From positions 31,925-95,924 of the forward strand of contig CANQII010000001.1 in assembly GCA_947623875.1 (NCBI GenBank): a DNA stretch of 64,000 nt, written 5' to 3'. A program made the position numbers and the translations under genes. The notes below the pieces were generated by a model. It was not told where the DNA came from and did not search any database. It saw nothing but the letters and a program-made list of their open reading frames with translations. Shown one piece after another: positions 39,227 through 48,494 of this stretch (positions within the stretch are counted from its first letter, which is position 1; each line of letters begins with the position of its first letter). The stretch is from an uncultured Oscillospiraceae bacterium. Its GTDB lineage: Bacteria; Bacillota; Clostridia; Oscillospirales; Oscillospiraceae.

Positions 39227-39286
39227 GGATGTTCACCTTCTTTCGGCGGAGAATAACCGCATCGGCGGTGGATAGGGTCTCATCCG

Positions 39287-39712
39287 CTACGGCTTTTTGC
39301 GCTCTGGGAGAATCGCTGTGAAATACGAGATCATGTTGTATCCCGCATGGGCGGTGATGCAGCAGAGCAGCGAGCCCGTCTGCAGGTACAGAAGCCCCAG
39401 GAGGATGTCGCAGAGCAGCGCAGAGAGGGTCTGTACCATGTTGAAATGAAGCAGTGCGAAGACGGCTGCGGACAGGAGGAGAGCCGGCTTGCTCCCGTAT
39501 TGGAGGGACAGGCCGCCCAGTAAAAAGCCCCGCATCAGGCTCTCCTCGAGAAAAGGCGCCAGGATGCAGACATGCACGAAGCTGATTACCGGCGCCTCCC
39601 GGAGGGATTGCAGGGTCTCTTGATAGCGCTCCTCGCTCCCCGGGAGCATGCCCTCAAAAATGGGGTCCAGAAACTGGTCCAGGAGAAGATACAGGGCGAC
39701 TGCACAGATTTG
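39287..39712 (-). pseudogene. 5'-truncated CPBP/Abi (CAAX) intramembrane protease, fused in frame to a family B remnant
   Basis: APFLEESLMRG, FALLH and H..YN motifs; no start of its own. Confidence 0.7.
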
Positions 39713-40116
39713 GGACGCTTCCCTACGCCCGTCCGACGGACTGTACGACTGGATCAAGCCGTCTGTTACGATCACGCTCTTCCAGGGCAGCAAAGTGGCC
39801 TTCACAAAGATGGGGACCCGGGGAATCTGGCTGTCCAGGGAGGACAGCATGCCCAGCACCCGATAGACCTGCGCAGGATCTCCCGGTCTTCCTCCGTGAG
39901 TGAGACCTTCATTGTGGTCCTCTTGTGGTCTATAGCATCGATGAGGCGGTCTATGCTGTCCGAATGGGCCCAGAGCGCATCGGCTCTGCGCTTGTAGTCC
40001 ATGGCGTTTCCCACCCGCACCGGATTGTCCAGATCCACATAGGCCAGAAGCGGCATGAAAAGCCTGTAAAAGTGCATGGCCTCGTCTCTAGACAGCCTAT
40101 TGCTGGTTTGCTTCAA
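39713..40116 (-). pseudogene. Family B paralogue 5, frameshifted by an internal deletion
   Basis: TTG after AAGGAG; LFMPLLAYVDLD...EDREILR then jumps frame at ~39870 to VYRVLG...TLLPWK...DG. Confidence 0.75.
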
Positions 40117-40148
40117 GACTGCAATCTCCTTATTCATGCAGCTGGCGG

Positions 40149-40697
40149 CTAAAACGTGGTGATCACGGTGCCCTGATCCAGAGCCTGCTGGCACACGGCC
40201 TGCAGGTGCCTCTTGATATTGCCTGGATTGTTGATATAGATGGGGACAAGGATGCCTTCCGTGATCAGCACATCTTTCCAGGGCAGGATGGTTGTCATGG
40301 CCATGATGGGCAGTTCCGGCAGCAGTTCCTCCAAGGTGGACTGTATCCCCAGTACCCGATAGACTTGGTCGTTTGAGTCCACCAGTAAGGAGCCATTTGC
40401 CCGATGCGCGGCCACATAGAACATTTCGCGCTTGCAGCGCTTCCAGCTGCGCAGGATCTCCCGGTCTTCCTGGGTGAGGGAGACCCTCATAGTGGTGCGG
40501 TTGTGATCCATGTCATCGATGAAGGCATCGATTTTGGAGGGGTCATCCCAAAAGATATCGGCCCGTTTCTTCATATCCTCCAGACTGCCGATGATGAGGG
40601 GATTGTCCATATCAGCGTAGGCCAGCAGCGGCAGGAACAGTTTGAAATAGTGCTTGCCATCGGCAGGAGGTATCAAGTTCCGATTTGACTTTTCCAT
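40149..40697 (-). CDS. Hypothetical protein, family B paralogue 4
   Basis: PLLAYAD, EDREILRSWK, VYRVLG, ILPWKD...EG. Confidence 0.82.
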   Translation of the reverse strand: MEKSNRNLIPPADGKHYFKLFLPLLAYADMDNPLIIGSLEDMKKRADIFWDDPSKIDAFIDDMDHNRTTMRVSLTQEDREILRSWKRCKREMFYVAAHRANGSLLVDSNDQVYRVLGIQSTLEELLPELPIMAMTTILPWKDVLITEGILVPIYINNPGNIKRHLQAVCQQALDQGTVITTF

Positions 40698-40728
40698 TCT
40701 GAAGACCTCTTTTTTGACGCAATTGGGC

Positions 40729-41271
40729 CTAAATTGTGGTGATCACGGTGCCCTGATCCAGGGCCTGCTGGCACACCTCCTGCAGGTGCTTCTGGATGTC
40801 GTCAGGATGGAGAATGGGCACGGGCATGAAAAGGCCGTCTGTGATGAGCTTGTCCTTCCAGGGCAGCAGGGTGGCCATGAGCATGATGGGCGTCTTGGGC
40901 ATCAGCTCCTGCAGGGAGGACTGCAGACCCAGCACCCGGTAGACCTGGTCCTTCTGGCTCACAATCAGGGCGCCGTTGAGCCGGTGGGATGCCAGATAGT
41001 ACACATCGCGCCTGCAGCGCTTCCAGCTGCGCAGGATCTCCCGGTCTTCGTCTGTGAGAGTAATCCGCATCTTGGACTTCTTGTGGTCTACATCGTCGAT
41101 GAAGTCGTCAATGCGGGCGGGGTTGTCCCATATGACGGCGGCTCTTTGCATCATGTCGCTGGCATCCCCGAAAATGAGGGGATGCTCCAGATCGGCGTAG
41201 GCCAGCAGCGGCAGGAACAGTTCGAAGAAATGGGAGCCATCCTTGGGGGGCAGCATGTTTTTCTTTGCCAT
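40729..41271 (-). CDS. Hypothetical protein, family B paralogue 3
   Basis: AGGAGG RBS before ATG 41271; same motifs. Confidence 0.82.
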   Translation of the reverse strand: MAKKNMLPPKDGSHFFELFLPLLAYADLEHPLIFGDASDMMQRAAVIWDNPARIDDFIDDVDHKKSKMRITLTDEDREILRSWKRCRRDVYYLASHRLNGALIVSQKDQVYRVLGLQSSLQELMPKTPIMLMATLLPWKDKLITDGLFMPVPILHPDDIQKHLQEVCQQALDQGTVITTI

Positions 41272-41330
41272 TGGGGAATTCCTCCTGAAAACGTGAATGC
41301 TGGCAGGCAGATCTGTGCCTGCCGCCGCGA

Positions 41331-41873
41331 TTAGAATGAGGTGACCACGGTGCCCCGCTCTATGGCGTTGCGGCACATCCGGTCCAGGGTGGGTTTCACC
41401 TTGCCCGGATTGGCTATGGCAACCGGCGAGTAGATGCCGTCTGTGATGAGCACGTCTTTCCAGGGCAGCAGGGTGGTCTCAACGATGATAGGTGTCTTGG
41501 GAAATATCTCTTCCAAAGGCGTCTGCAGCCCCAGAATCCGGTATACCGCCCTGGATTTGTCCACAAAGAGCGTCCCATCCGGCTGGTTGGAGACCACGTA
41601 GAACACGCCGGAGCGGAAGCGTTTCCAGCTGCGCATGATCTCCCGATCCTCCTCCGGGATCGGTTTTTCAGGCCTCTTGCGGTCCATTTCTGCGATGTAG
41701 GTGTCTATGAGGGAGACATCCCGCCAGATGAGATTGGACCTTCTTCTCAGTTCCATGGTGTCATCCAGGATAAACGGGGTGTCCAAGTCCGCGTAGGCGA
41801 GAAGCGGGGAAAAGAGCTCAAAGAAGTGTTCGCCATCCCGTTCGGAGAGCATGTTTTGTTTTGCAGTCGACAT
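41331..41873 (-). CDS. Hypothetical protein, family B paralogue 2
   Basis: AAGGAGGT RBS before ATG 41873; same motifs. Confidence 0.82.
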   Translation of the reverse strand: MSTAKQNMLSERDGEHFFELFSPLLAYADLDTPFILDDTMELRRRSNLIWRDVSLIDTYIAEMDRKRPEKPIPEEDREIMRSWKRFRSGVFYVVSNQPDGTLFVDKSRAVYRILGLQTPLEEIFPKTPIIVETTLLPWKDVLITDGIYSPVAIANPGKVKPTLDRMCRNAIERGTVVTSF

Positions 41874-41967
41874 ATGCAAAACCTCCTTCCATGTGTAAAC
41901 GGGTGAAATCTGCGTGATAGTACAGTTTGCTTGCGCTCTATCGGTTTAGAAAACCCAGATACTCGTC

Positions 41968-42534
41968 TCAGGGAACCGGTCTGAGGGAGGTGATGACGCC
42001 ATCGTTGCGGATGATCCGACTGCAAATCACATCTAATGCTCTTTCCAACAGGTCCGATTTGTCCTCGGGCAGGAGGGAGCAGGTATACAGACCGTTTGAG
42101 ACCACTACGTCTTTCCAGGGCAGCAGGATCGTGGTGAGAATCACGGGCGTTTCCGGGAACAGATCCTCCAGAGAGTCATTCGGCCCCACTACCCGATAGA
42201 GTTGAAACTGACTGTTCAACAATAGAGAACCATAGTGCTGATGCGCTACGAGGTAGTAGGAATCGAGCTTGCTTTGTTTCCAGCTCCGGAGAATTGCACA
42301 CTCCTCTTCTGAGAAGGTGATCTGCGTCTCGATCTTCTTGTGGTTGGTGGCGTAGATGCAGGATTCGATGATGAAGGTATCCTCCCAGACAATCGCAGAT
42401 CTCCTATTGAGATCATCCGTATCCGCAGGATCGAGAGGGGTATCTAAATCGGCGTAGGCGAGAAGGGGGCGCAGAAGCCCGAAGAAATGCTCGCGCTCTT
42501 CCTGAGAAAGTTTGTTCCGTTTTGTCCTTGCCAT
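41968..42534 (-). CDS. Hypothetical protein, family B paralogue 1
   Basis: GAGGT RBS; same motifs. Confidence 0.8.
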   Translation of the reverse strand: MARTKRNKLSQEEREHFFGLLRPLLAYADLDTPLDPADTDDLNRRSAIVWEDTFIIESCIYATNHKKIETQITFSEEECAILRSWKQSKLDSYYLVAHQHYGSLLLNSQFQLYRVVGPNDSLEDLFPETPVILTTILLPWKDVVVSNGLYTCSLLPEDKSDLLERALDVICSRIIRNDGVITSLRPVP

Positions 42535-42594
42535 ACCAAAACCTCTTTTCTACAGACGTGGGAAATCCGCGTGATACAACAGTTCGCTTGTGCT

Positions 42595-43359
42595 CTATCG
42601 GTTCAGAAAGCCCAGATACTCGTCAAAGACGTTGAAGAGCATGTCCCCGGAGCACACCGGCAGCACCCCGTCCTCGGTACCGATGGGGACGAACTGGAAG
42701 AGATCCCTGGCTGCGGTGAGCACCAGAATGGGGATCACCTCGTAGTCCGGGCCGAAGAGCACCTCCAGGAAAGGGGCGTATTTGGCGGCCTGCTGCACCT
42801 CCTCCGGATCGATCTGATCTTTCATCTTGAACTCCAGGCTGAAAACCCGGTCCTCTGTGATCACCAGGACATCTGTGTAGATCCGCACATAGCGGGCCCG
42901 CTTGAGCCGGAGTTCAAAGACGATCTCCCAGTCCAGGCAGCTTGGGCCGGCCATGGCCTGCAGGTCTGCAAAGAGCTGCCGCATCTGGGTGCGGCAGTCC
43001 CGGAAGGAGTGGAGCAGACCCCGGGTGTCGTTGAGATTGCGGCCGATGTTGGTGCAGCCCTCCTCCAGCTGATGCAGCCACTGCGCTTCGGAGAGGGGGA
43101 GAAAGTCCCGGACCAGGCTGTAGAAGCCGGAGAACTCCTGCAGGCCGCTGTGGGGGCGCTGCTGCTGCACGATGCCGTGCCAGCGGTATTGCCGGTCCTG
43201 CCAGCAGAGCTCGTGGAGCAGGGGAGACTGGTACAGCCGTTGATTCACCTGCGTGCGGTCCAGGGAGAGCTGGCGTGCGATGTCCTTGGCCAGAACCCCG
43301 CGGCTGCGGCAGATGGCGGCACAGATGGCGCGGTCTATCGGCTCTATAGCGACACGCAT
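42595..43359 (-). CDS. wHTH plus PD-(D/E)xK (NERD-like) nuclease-domain protein
   Basis: GVLAKDIARQL.LDRTQVNQRLY (wHTH); IVFEL...TDVLVI....VFSLEFK...QAAKY (nuclease motif). Confidence 0.65.
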   Translation of the reverse strand: MRVAIEPIDRAICAAICRSRGVLAKDIARQLSLDRTQVNQRLYQSPLLHELCWQDRQYRWHGIVQQQRPHSGLQEFSGFYSLVRDFLPLSEAQWLHQLEEGCTNIGRNLNDTRGLLHSFRDCRTQMRQLFADLQAMAGPSCLDWEIVFELRLKRARYVRIYTDVLVITEDRVFSLEFKMKDQIDPEEVQQAAKYAPFLEVLFGPDYEVIPILVLTAARDLFQFVPIGTEDGVLPVCSGDMLFNVFDEYLGFLNR

Positions 43360-43798
43360 GGGCCACGGTCCTTTCAAGAGAATGGGGAGAGAGGGAAGAG
43401 AGCGTCCGGGGCAGAGAAATATCAGTGGAAAGAACGAGACATTCGCTGTTCTGGATCCCTTGAAAAACAGGCGTTCCGGCATCCAAAACAGAGGACAGAC
43501 CGCTGCGTTCTATCCAGGAAGATCCCTTTTCAAGCATTGTATCTGCTGCCATACGTATGCTTTTGTAGGACTATGAAGGTACGAAACACCAACAAGTATG
43601 TGCAGAGGCGGCTGTCCAGAGGGAGATGAGGCGGGCATCTGCCTCAGACTGCCTGCATGGGACATTGTAGTTGAAAAGTTTCCAGAATGCAAGGACAAAT
43701 TTGCAAATTGCCGCCGCTTTTTTCAGAGGGCTTGCGGCGCGGGAAGAACGGCACGCAAAACTATACTAGTATACTAATAGACACCCCCACGCGGAAAA

Positions 43799-43821
43799 TC
43801 CCCCTTCGCCGGGGCGAAGGG
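43799..43821 (-). terminator. Terminator after the family C array
   Basis: tcccccttcgcc/ggcgaaggggga hairpin followed by TTTT on the minus strand. Confidence 0.6.
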
Positions 43822-43831
43822 GGAGGCGGGC

Positions 43832-45661
43832 TCAATACCGATGGCTGCGGTTTAGATCGTCCCAACAGCGTGCGTCCTCCATGGCTCTCCATGCGGACTC
43901 ATCGTAGCGAAGGAGGAAGGAGTCCTCTGGGCGAAGGTCTCCCAACAGAATGGAGAAGCTGTCCAGCACCAGGAGAAAGGCGAGCACATCGTCCTTCCTC
44001 CATCCGTTCTCGGGATCGTACTGATTCCAGTCTCGGACATAGCCGTCCAGCATCTCCAGAAGAGAGACGCTGTCTGCGTTGGGCACGGTGGAGAAATAGT
44101 GGAAGAAAATCTGGGAGAGCGTGCGGTTGTAGCTGTCCATCAGCTCCCGGGACAGGCCGATGCCGTTCCAGTACGGCACGAAGGGCAGAGGTTGGATGAG
44201 CTCCTCTGCGTGCTGCAGAGCATAATCTTTCAGAAGAGGCAGGTCCCGGGACCGGAGCCAGCAGCAGACCATGTCCTTCCGCACATACTGGGTGACTTTG
44301 ATCACAAAGTCCTCCTGGGCACCCTGCAGCAGATGCAGGGTGAGGGCCTGAAACGGCGGACACACCGCCTTCCCGGCGAAGGAGATGTACGCCTTGACGT
44401 ACTCTCCGCAGTTATTTCTGTCGGCTCCCGGTGGGTAGAAGTTGTACTGGAGCCAGTATTCGGAGTGGTAGGTCTGGATGTGCCAGCCCCGGGCGGTGGC
44501 CAGAGGGAGAAAGGCATCCCGCAGCGGGTCTTCGTCCCAGTTGGCATCCGGTACATCGGTGGGGTGCCGCTGGTCCACCTTCTGCATGGCCTCGTAGAGA
44601 TCATCGCTGCTCTTGCAGTGGAGGTTGTACAGGCCTTGGAGGACCTTGTTGCGGGCCTGGTATTGGGGTGTGTCTGTGGGCACGGAGAAACTGCGGGCGC
44701 CGATGTTGGGGGAGATCTTGGGGAAGTCCGCCGGGGGCGGCAGAAGATAGCGCTGGCGCTGCTTCTCTCTTGCAATGGCAGCTTGCCGGGCGCGGCGGGC
44801 CTCCTCCTCATCCGCCAGACGAACCAGGTCTTGAAAGAAGGTCTCCCAGCGCTCATAGGGGGCCGGCGCCGAGACCGGCTGGGGCGGTGGATCGGCAACG
44901 GCATACTGGTGCTCCCGGGGGACTGCCAGGAAGGTGTCTCGCCAGGTGGTATTGGCCAGCTCCAAGGGAAACAGGTCGAAATTGCAGCAGGTGTACCGGT
45001 AGTCTCCCCAGGGATCCTCGTACGGGAGGGAGTTGGCGATGATGAGTTTGTCGCAGTACGAGGGCAGTGAGGGAGGCAGCAGGTCTCGCAGCATCTCCAT
45101 CAGCTGGTGCTGTGTTTTCCCGTCTGCCTTCTCGGCGGCCGCCTCGATCAGAACGGCGTTGTCCACCAGAAGAAGCGTGTCCGGTCTGTGCAGCCCGCCA
45201 AATCGGGCTCTGTCTATGAGCTGGGTGAAGGACTTGCAGAGGGAGGGCACATCCAGGGAGCGGCTGTGGATGGCTGCGGCGGTGCGGGCCAGGTCCACGT
45301 TCACCTCCGGGTAGTAGAGGTCTGCATTGCGCCGATAGAGATCTTCCGCCTTGCGGTAGAGGTAGTCCACGGTGTCCTCCACCGTGGTGCCGCGGTAGTC
45401 TGAGAAGTCCAGCAGGAAGACCCGGTACTTTCCCAGGTGCTTTTGGAAATGCGGGTCCTCTGCCATGGCGAGGCCGGCAAAGTGGGCTGGGTCTGCCAGG
45501 GTGTGGTCTGCGTAGTACCGGAGCAGAGAGAACAGGGTGGAAGCCCCCTTCCCGGCGGTGTTGTCCATGTTGTATCCACTCCGCACGTCCAGCAGGTGGG
45601 GAATGTTTTTGGTGTTGTCCCAGAAGTGGCCGCTGTTTTTCAACGTCAGGAAGTCTGCCAT
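43832..45661 (-). CDS. Family C paralogue 4: degenerate AAA-ATPase-like domain plus an unknown C-terminal domain
   Basis: MADFLTLKNSGHFWDNT...GKGASTL.SLLRYY...GKYRVFLLDFSD; C-terminal VKAYISF, IKV..VR.D.VCCW, PLPFVPYWNGIGLSREL. Confidence 0.8.
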   Translation of the reverse strand: MADFLTLKNSGHFWDNTKNIPHLLDVRSGYNMDNTAGKGASTLFSLLRYYADHTLADPAHFAGLAMAEDPHFQKHLGKYRVFLLDFSDYRGTTVEDTVDYLYRKAEDLYRRNADLYYPEVNVDLARTAAAIHSRSLDVPSLCKSFTQLIDRARFGGLHRPDTLLLVDNAVLIEAAAEKADGKTQHQLMEMLRDLLPPSLPSYCDKLIIANSLPYEDPWGDYRYTCCNFDLFPLELANTTWRDTFLAVPREHQYAVADPPPQPVSAPAPYERWETFFQDLVRLADEEEARRARQAAIAREKQRQRYLLPPPADFPKISPNIGARSFSVPTDTPQYQARNKVLQGLYNLHCKSSDDLYEAMQKVDQRHPTDVPDANWDEDPLRDAFLPLATARGWHIQTYHSEYWLQYNFYPPGADRNNCGEYVKAYISFAGKAVCPPFQALTLHLLQGAQEDFVIKVTQYVRKDMVCCWLRSRDLPLLKDYALQHAEELIQPLPFVPYWNGIGLSRELMDSYNRTLSQIFFHYFSTVPNADSVSLLEMLDGYVRDWNQYDPENGWRKDDVLAFLLVLDSFSILLGDLRPEDSFLLRYDESAWRAMEDARCWDDLNRSHRY

Positions 45662-45668
45662 AGGTCTC

Positions 45669-47522
45669 CTACCTCCACTTATATCGTTCGAATTTCTTGA
45701 GATCGTCCCAGCAGCGGGAGCTCTCCAGCGCACAATAGGCGTTGATGTCTTGATTCAGGAGGATGGAGTTCTCCGGCTGCAGGTCCCCCAGAATCACGGA
45801 GAAGCTGTCCAGCACCGTGAGGAAGGTGAGGGCGTCGTCCCGCTGCCAATATGTGCCCTTCTCATAGATCCTCCAGCTCCAGGCATAGCGGTCCAGCATC
45901 TCCGCTAGGGAGATATCTTGCTCGTCCGATACCGTGGAGAAGTACCGGAAGAAGAGATTGGCGATAGCGCCGTTGTAGCTGGAGGAGATCAGCTCCCGGG
46001 AGAGGCCGATGCCGTTCCAGTACGGCACGAAGGGCAGGGGCTGGATGAGCTCCGCTGCATGCTGTTGGGCGTAGTCCTTCAAAAGGGGCAGATCGCAGGG
46101 GCGAACCCAGAAGCAGAGCGGCCCATTCCGGACGAAGCGGGAGGCCTTCAGAGAGATGTCCTCCTGGGCGTGCTGCAGCAGATGCAGGGTGAGGTCCAGA
46201 AGCGGCTCCAGGAGGCCTTCAGATGCAAAGGAGACATAGGCCTTCACCTGCGCGTCTTGGATCCTGCCGCACTCTTTCTCCAGCTGCTGGGGCGTGAAGG
46301 TGTACTGCAGCCAATGGTAGTCGTGATGGACTGACGTGCGCCAGCCCAAGGCCTTCGCCGGTGCGATGAGAGCTTCCTGCAGCGGGTCGTGCTCCCACTC
46401 ATCGTGGGTGTGAGGCGGAAGGTCTGTGGGGCGCTCCTCATCCAGGTTCTGCATGGCCTCATAGAGCGTGTTGCTGTTCTTGCAGTGAAGCCTGTACAGA
46501 GCCTTCAATCGCTCATTCCGGTCCCGATATTGGGGCGTGTCCGTGGGCACCGAGAAGCTGGTGGCGCCGAGATTGGGAGAGACCTTGGGAAAGCCTGCCG
46601 GGGGCGGCAACAGATGCCGCTGCCGCTCTTTCTCCTCTGCGATGGCGGCCTCCCGGGCGAGGCGGGCGTTCTCCTCATCCACGCGGCGCTTCAACTCTGT
46701 ATAGAAGTCCTCCCAGCTGCCGAAGGGGGCCGGCGGCTGGGGTTCCGGCTCCGGCGGCGTCTCCGGGATGGCATACCGGAACTCTGGCGGCACCCCGCGG
46801 GGCGCCGGAGACGGGTTGTAGTGATCGTCGAACTCCCGGGCATCCAGGTCGAAGTCCCAGGTGGTGTACCGGAGATGGCGGCGGTGCCGCTCCTCCAGTT
46901 CGTTTATCATCACCAGAATGTCTGAGAATTGGTGCAGCTGCTCGGGGAGCATTTCCCAGAGCAGCTTCATGTACGGTTTTGCGGTGTCCCAAGCCACATC
47001 CTCGCTGGGCAATTCCAGCAGGACGGCGTTGTCCAGGAGAAGCAGAACTTTCTCCCCTTTGTCCTGGGCGCTGGAACAGAGCCGGGTGAGGAAGTGACAG
47101 AGGTCCAGCGGGTCCATGGTGCGGTAGTGGATGCCCACGGCGGTCTCCGCCAGATACAGGGGGAAGTCCGGGTAGAAGAGGTCCGTGTTGCGGCGGTAGA
47201 GGTCCTCCGCCTTGCGGTACAGGTAGTCTACGGTGCCCTCCACCGTGGTGCTGCGGTAGTCTGAGAAATCCAGGTAGAAAGTCCGATACTGTCCCAGAAA
47301 GTCCTCGAAGTGGGGATCCTGCGCCATACTGAGATCGGCAAAGTAAGCGGGATCCGCCAGATCGCGGTCCATGTAGTACCGGAGCAGGGAGAGCAGGGTG
47401 GAGCCCCCTTTGCCGGCGGTGTTGTTCAGCAGGAGCCCGGAATCGTAGTCCAACAGGGTGGGGATGTTCTCCGTGTTGTCCCAGAAGTGGCCGCTGTTTT
47501 TCAGGGATAAGAAGTCTGCCAT
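45669..47522 (-). CDS. Family C paralogue 3
   Basis: Same architecture; GAGGAGG RBS. Confidence 0.8.
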   Translation of the reverse strand: MADFLSLKNSGHFWDNTENIPTLLDYDSGLLLNNTAGKGGSTLLSLLRYYMDRDLADPAYFADLSMAQDPHFEDFLGQYRTFYLDFSDYRSTTVEGTVDYLYRKAEDLYRRNTDLFYPDFPLYLAETAVGIHYRTMDPLDLCHFLTRLCSSAQDKGEKVLLLLDNAVLLELPSEDVAWDTAKPYMKLLWEMLPEQLHQFSDILVMINELEERHRRHLRYTTWDFDLDAREFDDHYNPSPAPRGVPPEFRYAIPETPPEPEPQPPAPFGSWEDFYTELKRRVDEENARLAREAAIAEEKERQRHLLPPPAGFPKVSPNLGATSFSVPTDTPQYRDRNERLKALYRLHCKNSNTLYEAMQNLDEERPTDLPPHTHDEWEHDPLQEALIAPAKALGWRTSVHHDYHWLQYTFTPQQLEKECGRIQDAQVKAYVSFASEGLLEPLLDLTLHLLQHAQEDISLKASRFVRNGPLCFWVRPCDLPLLKDYAQQHAAELIQPLPFVPYWNGIGLSRELISSSYNGAIANLFFRYFSTVSDEQDISLAEMLDRYAWSWRIYEKGTYWQRDDALTFLTVLDSFSVILGDLQPENSILLNQDINAYCALESSRCWDDLKKFERYKWR

Positions 47523-47537
47523 TTTTCTCCTCCTCGT

Positions 47538-48461
47538 TTAATCCTGGCTGTTCAGATCTTTCCAGCAGTGTGCATGTTTCAGTTTCCAAAATGCCGCCTT
47601 GTCCTGCAGGAGCAGGACAGAGTCCTCCGGCTGCAGGTCCCCCAGCAGAACCGAGAAGCTGTCCAGCACCAGCAGGAAGGTGAGGGCATTGTCCTTTGCG
47701 GCGTGAGAGCGGCGTTGGTGGCGATTCCAGTCCTGGGCATAGCGGTCCAGCATCTCCGCCAGAGACACATGTTCCTCATCGGGCACGGTGGAGAAGTAGC
47801 GGAAGAAGAGGCTGGCGAGGACCGAGTTGTAGCTGTCCGGGTTCAATTCCCGGGTCAGGCCGATGCCGTTCCAGTAGGGCACGAAGGGGAGCGGCTGGGT
47901 GAGCTGCGCCCCATGCTGCAGGGCATACGCCTTCAATACCGGAACATCGCCATGCCGCAGCCAGCAGCACACTGTGTCGTCCCGGACAAAACGGGAGACC
48001 TTGATCAGGAAATCCTCTTTGGCGCCCTGGAGCAGGGCAAACACCAGATCCAGAAACGGCTGGCGCACCGCCGTGCCGGGGAAGGAGAGGTAGGCCTTGA
48101 TGTATGCGCTCTCATCGTACCTGTCCCGGATCTCTTTGCCCGCCGGAGATGGCGCATACTGGAGCCAGTAATAGGAGTGATTGGGCCAGACGTCCCACCC
48201 CATCGCCTCTGCGGGGGCGAGGAGATCCTCCTGCAGCGGTTCCGCCTTCTGGGAGAAGAGATCGGTGGGCTGGTCCCGGTCCAGATTCTGCATGGCAGTA
48301 TAGAGACCGCCGCAGTCCGCAGGGCGGCGCCGGTAGAGGTCCTGGAGAAGGGCGTTGCGGGCCTGATACTGGGGGGTATCGGTTGGCACCGTGAAGCTGA
48401 CGGCGCCGAGGTTGGGGGAGACTTTGGGGAACGTATTTTTCCGGGTAAAGAAGCCTGCCAT
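47538..48461 (-). CDS. Family C paralogue 2 (C-terminal domain only)
   Basis: MAGFFTRKNT is joined directly to FPKVSPN; the AAA-like part is missing. Confidence 0.78.
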   Translation of the reverse strand: MAGFFTRKNTFPKVSPNLGAVSFTVPTDTPQYQARNALLQDLYRRRPADCGGLYTAMQNLDRDQPTDLFSQKAEPLQEDLLAPAEAMGWDVWPNHSYYWLQYAPSPAGKEIRDRYDESAYIKAYLSFPGTAVRQPFLDLVFALLQGAKEDFLIKVSRFVRDDTVCCWLRHGDVPVLKAYALQHGAQLTQPLPFVPYWNGIGLTRELNPDSYNSVLASLFFRYFSTVPDEEHVSLAEMLDRYAQDWNRHQRRSHAAKDNALTFLLVLDSFSVLLGDLQPEDSVLLLQDKAAFWKLKHAHCWKDLNSQD

Positions 48462-48494
48462 GGGCCAATGCCACCTTTCCTGTACGTGTTCTTG

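Noticed and set aside
43762-43773. Perfect palindrome tatactagtata upstream of the nuclease gene
   Set aside because: Single 12-bp AT-rich occurrence with no assignable regulator; too weak to call.
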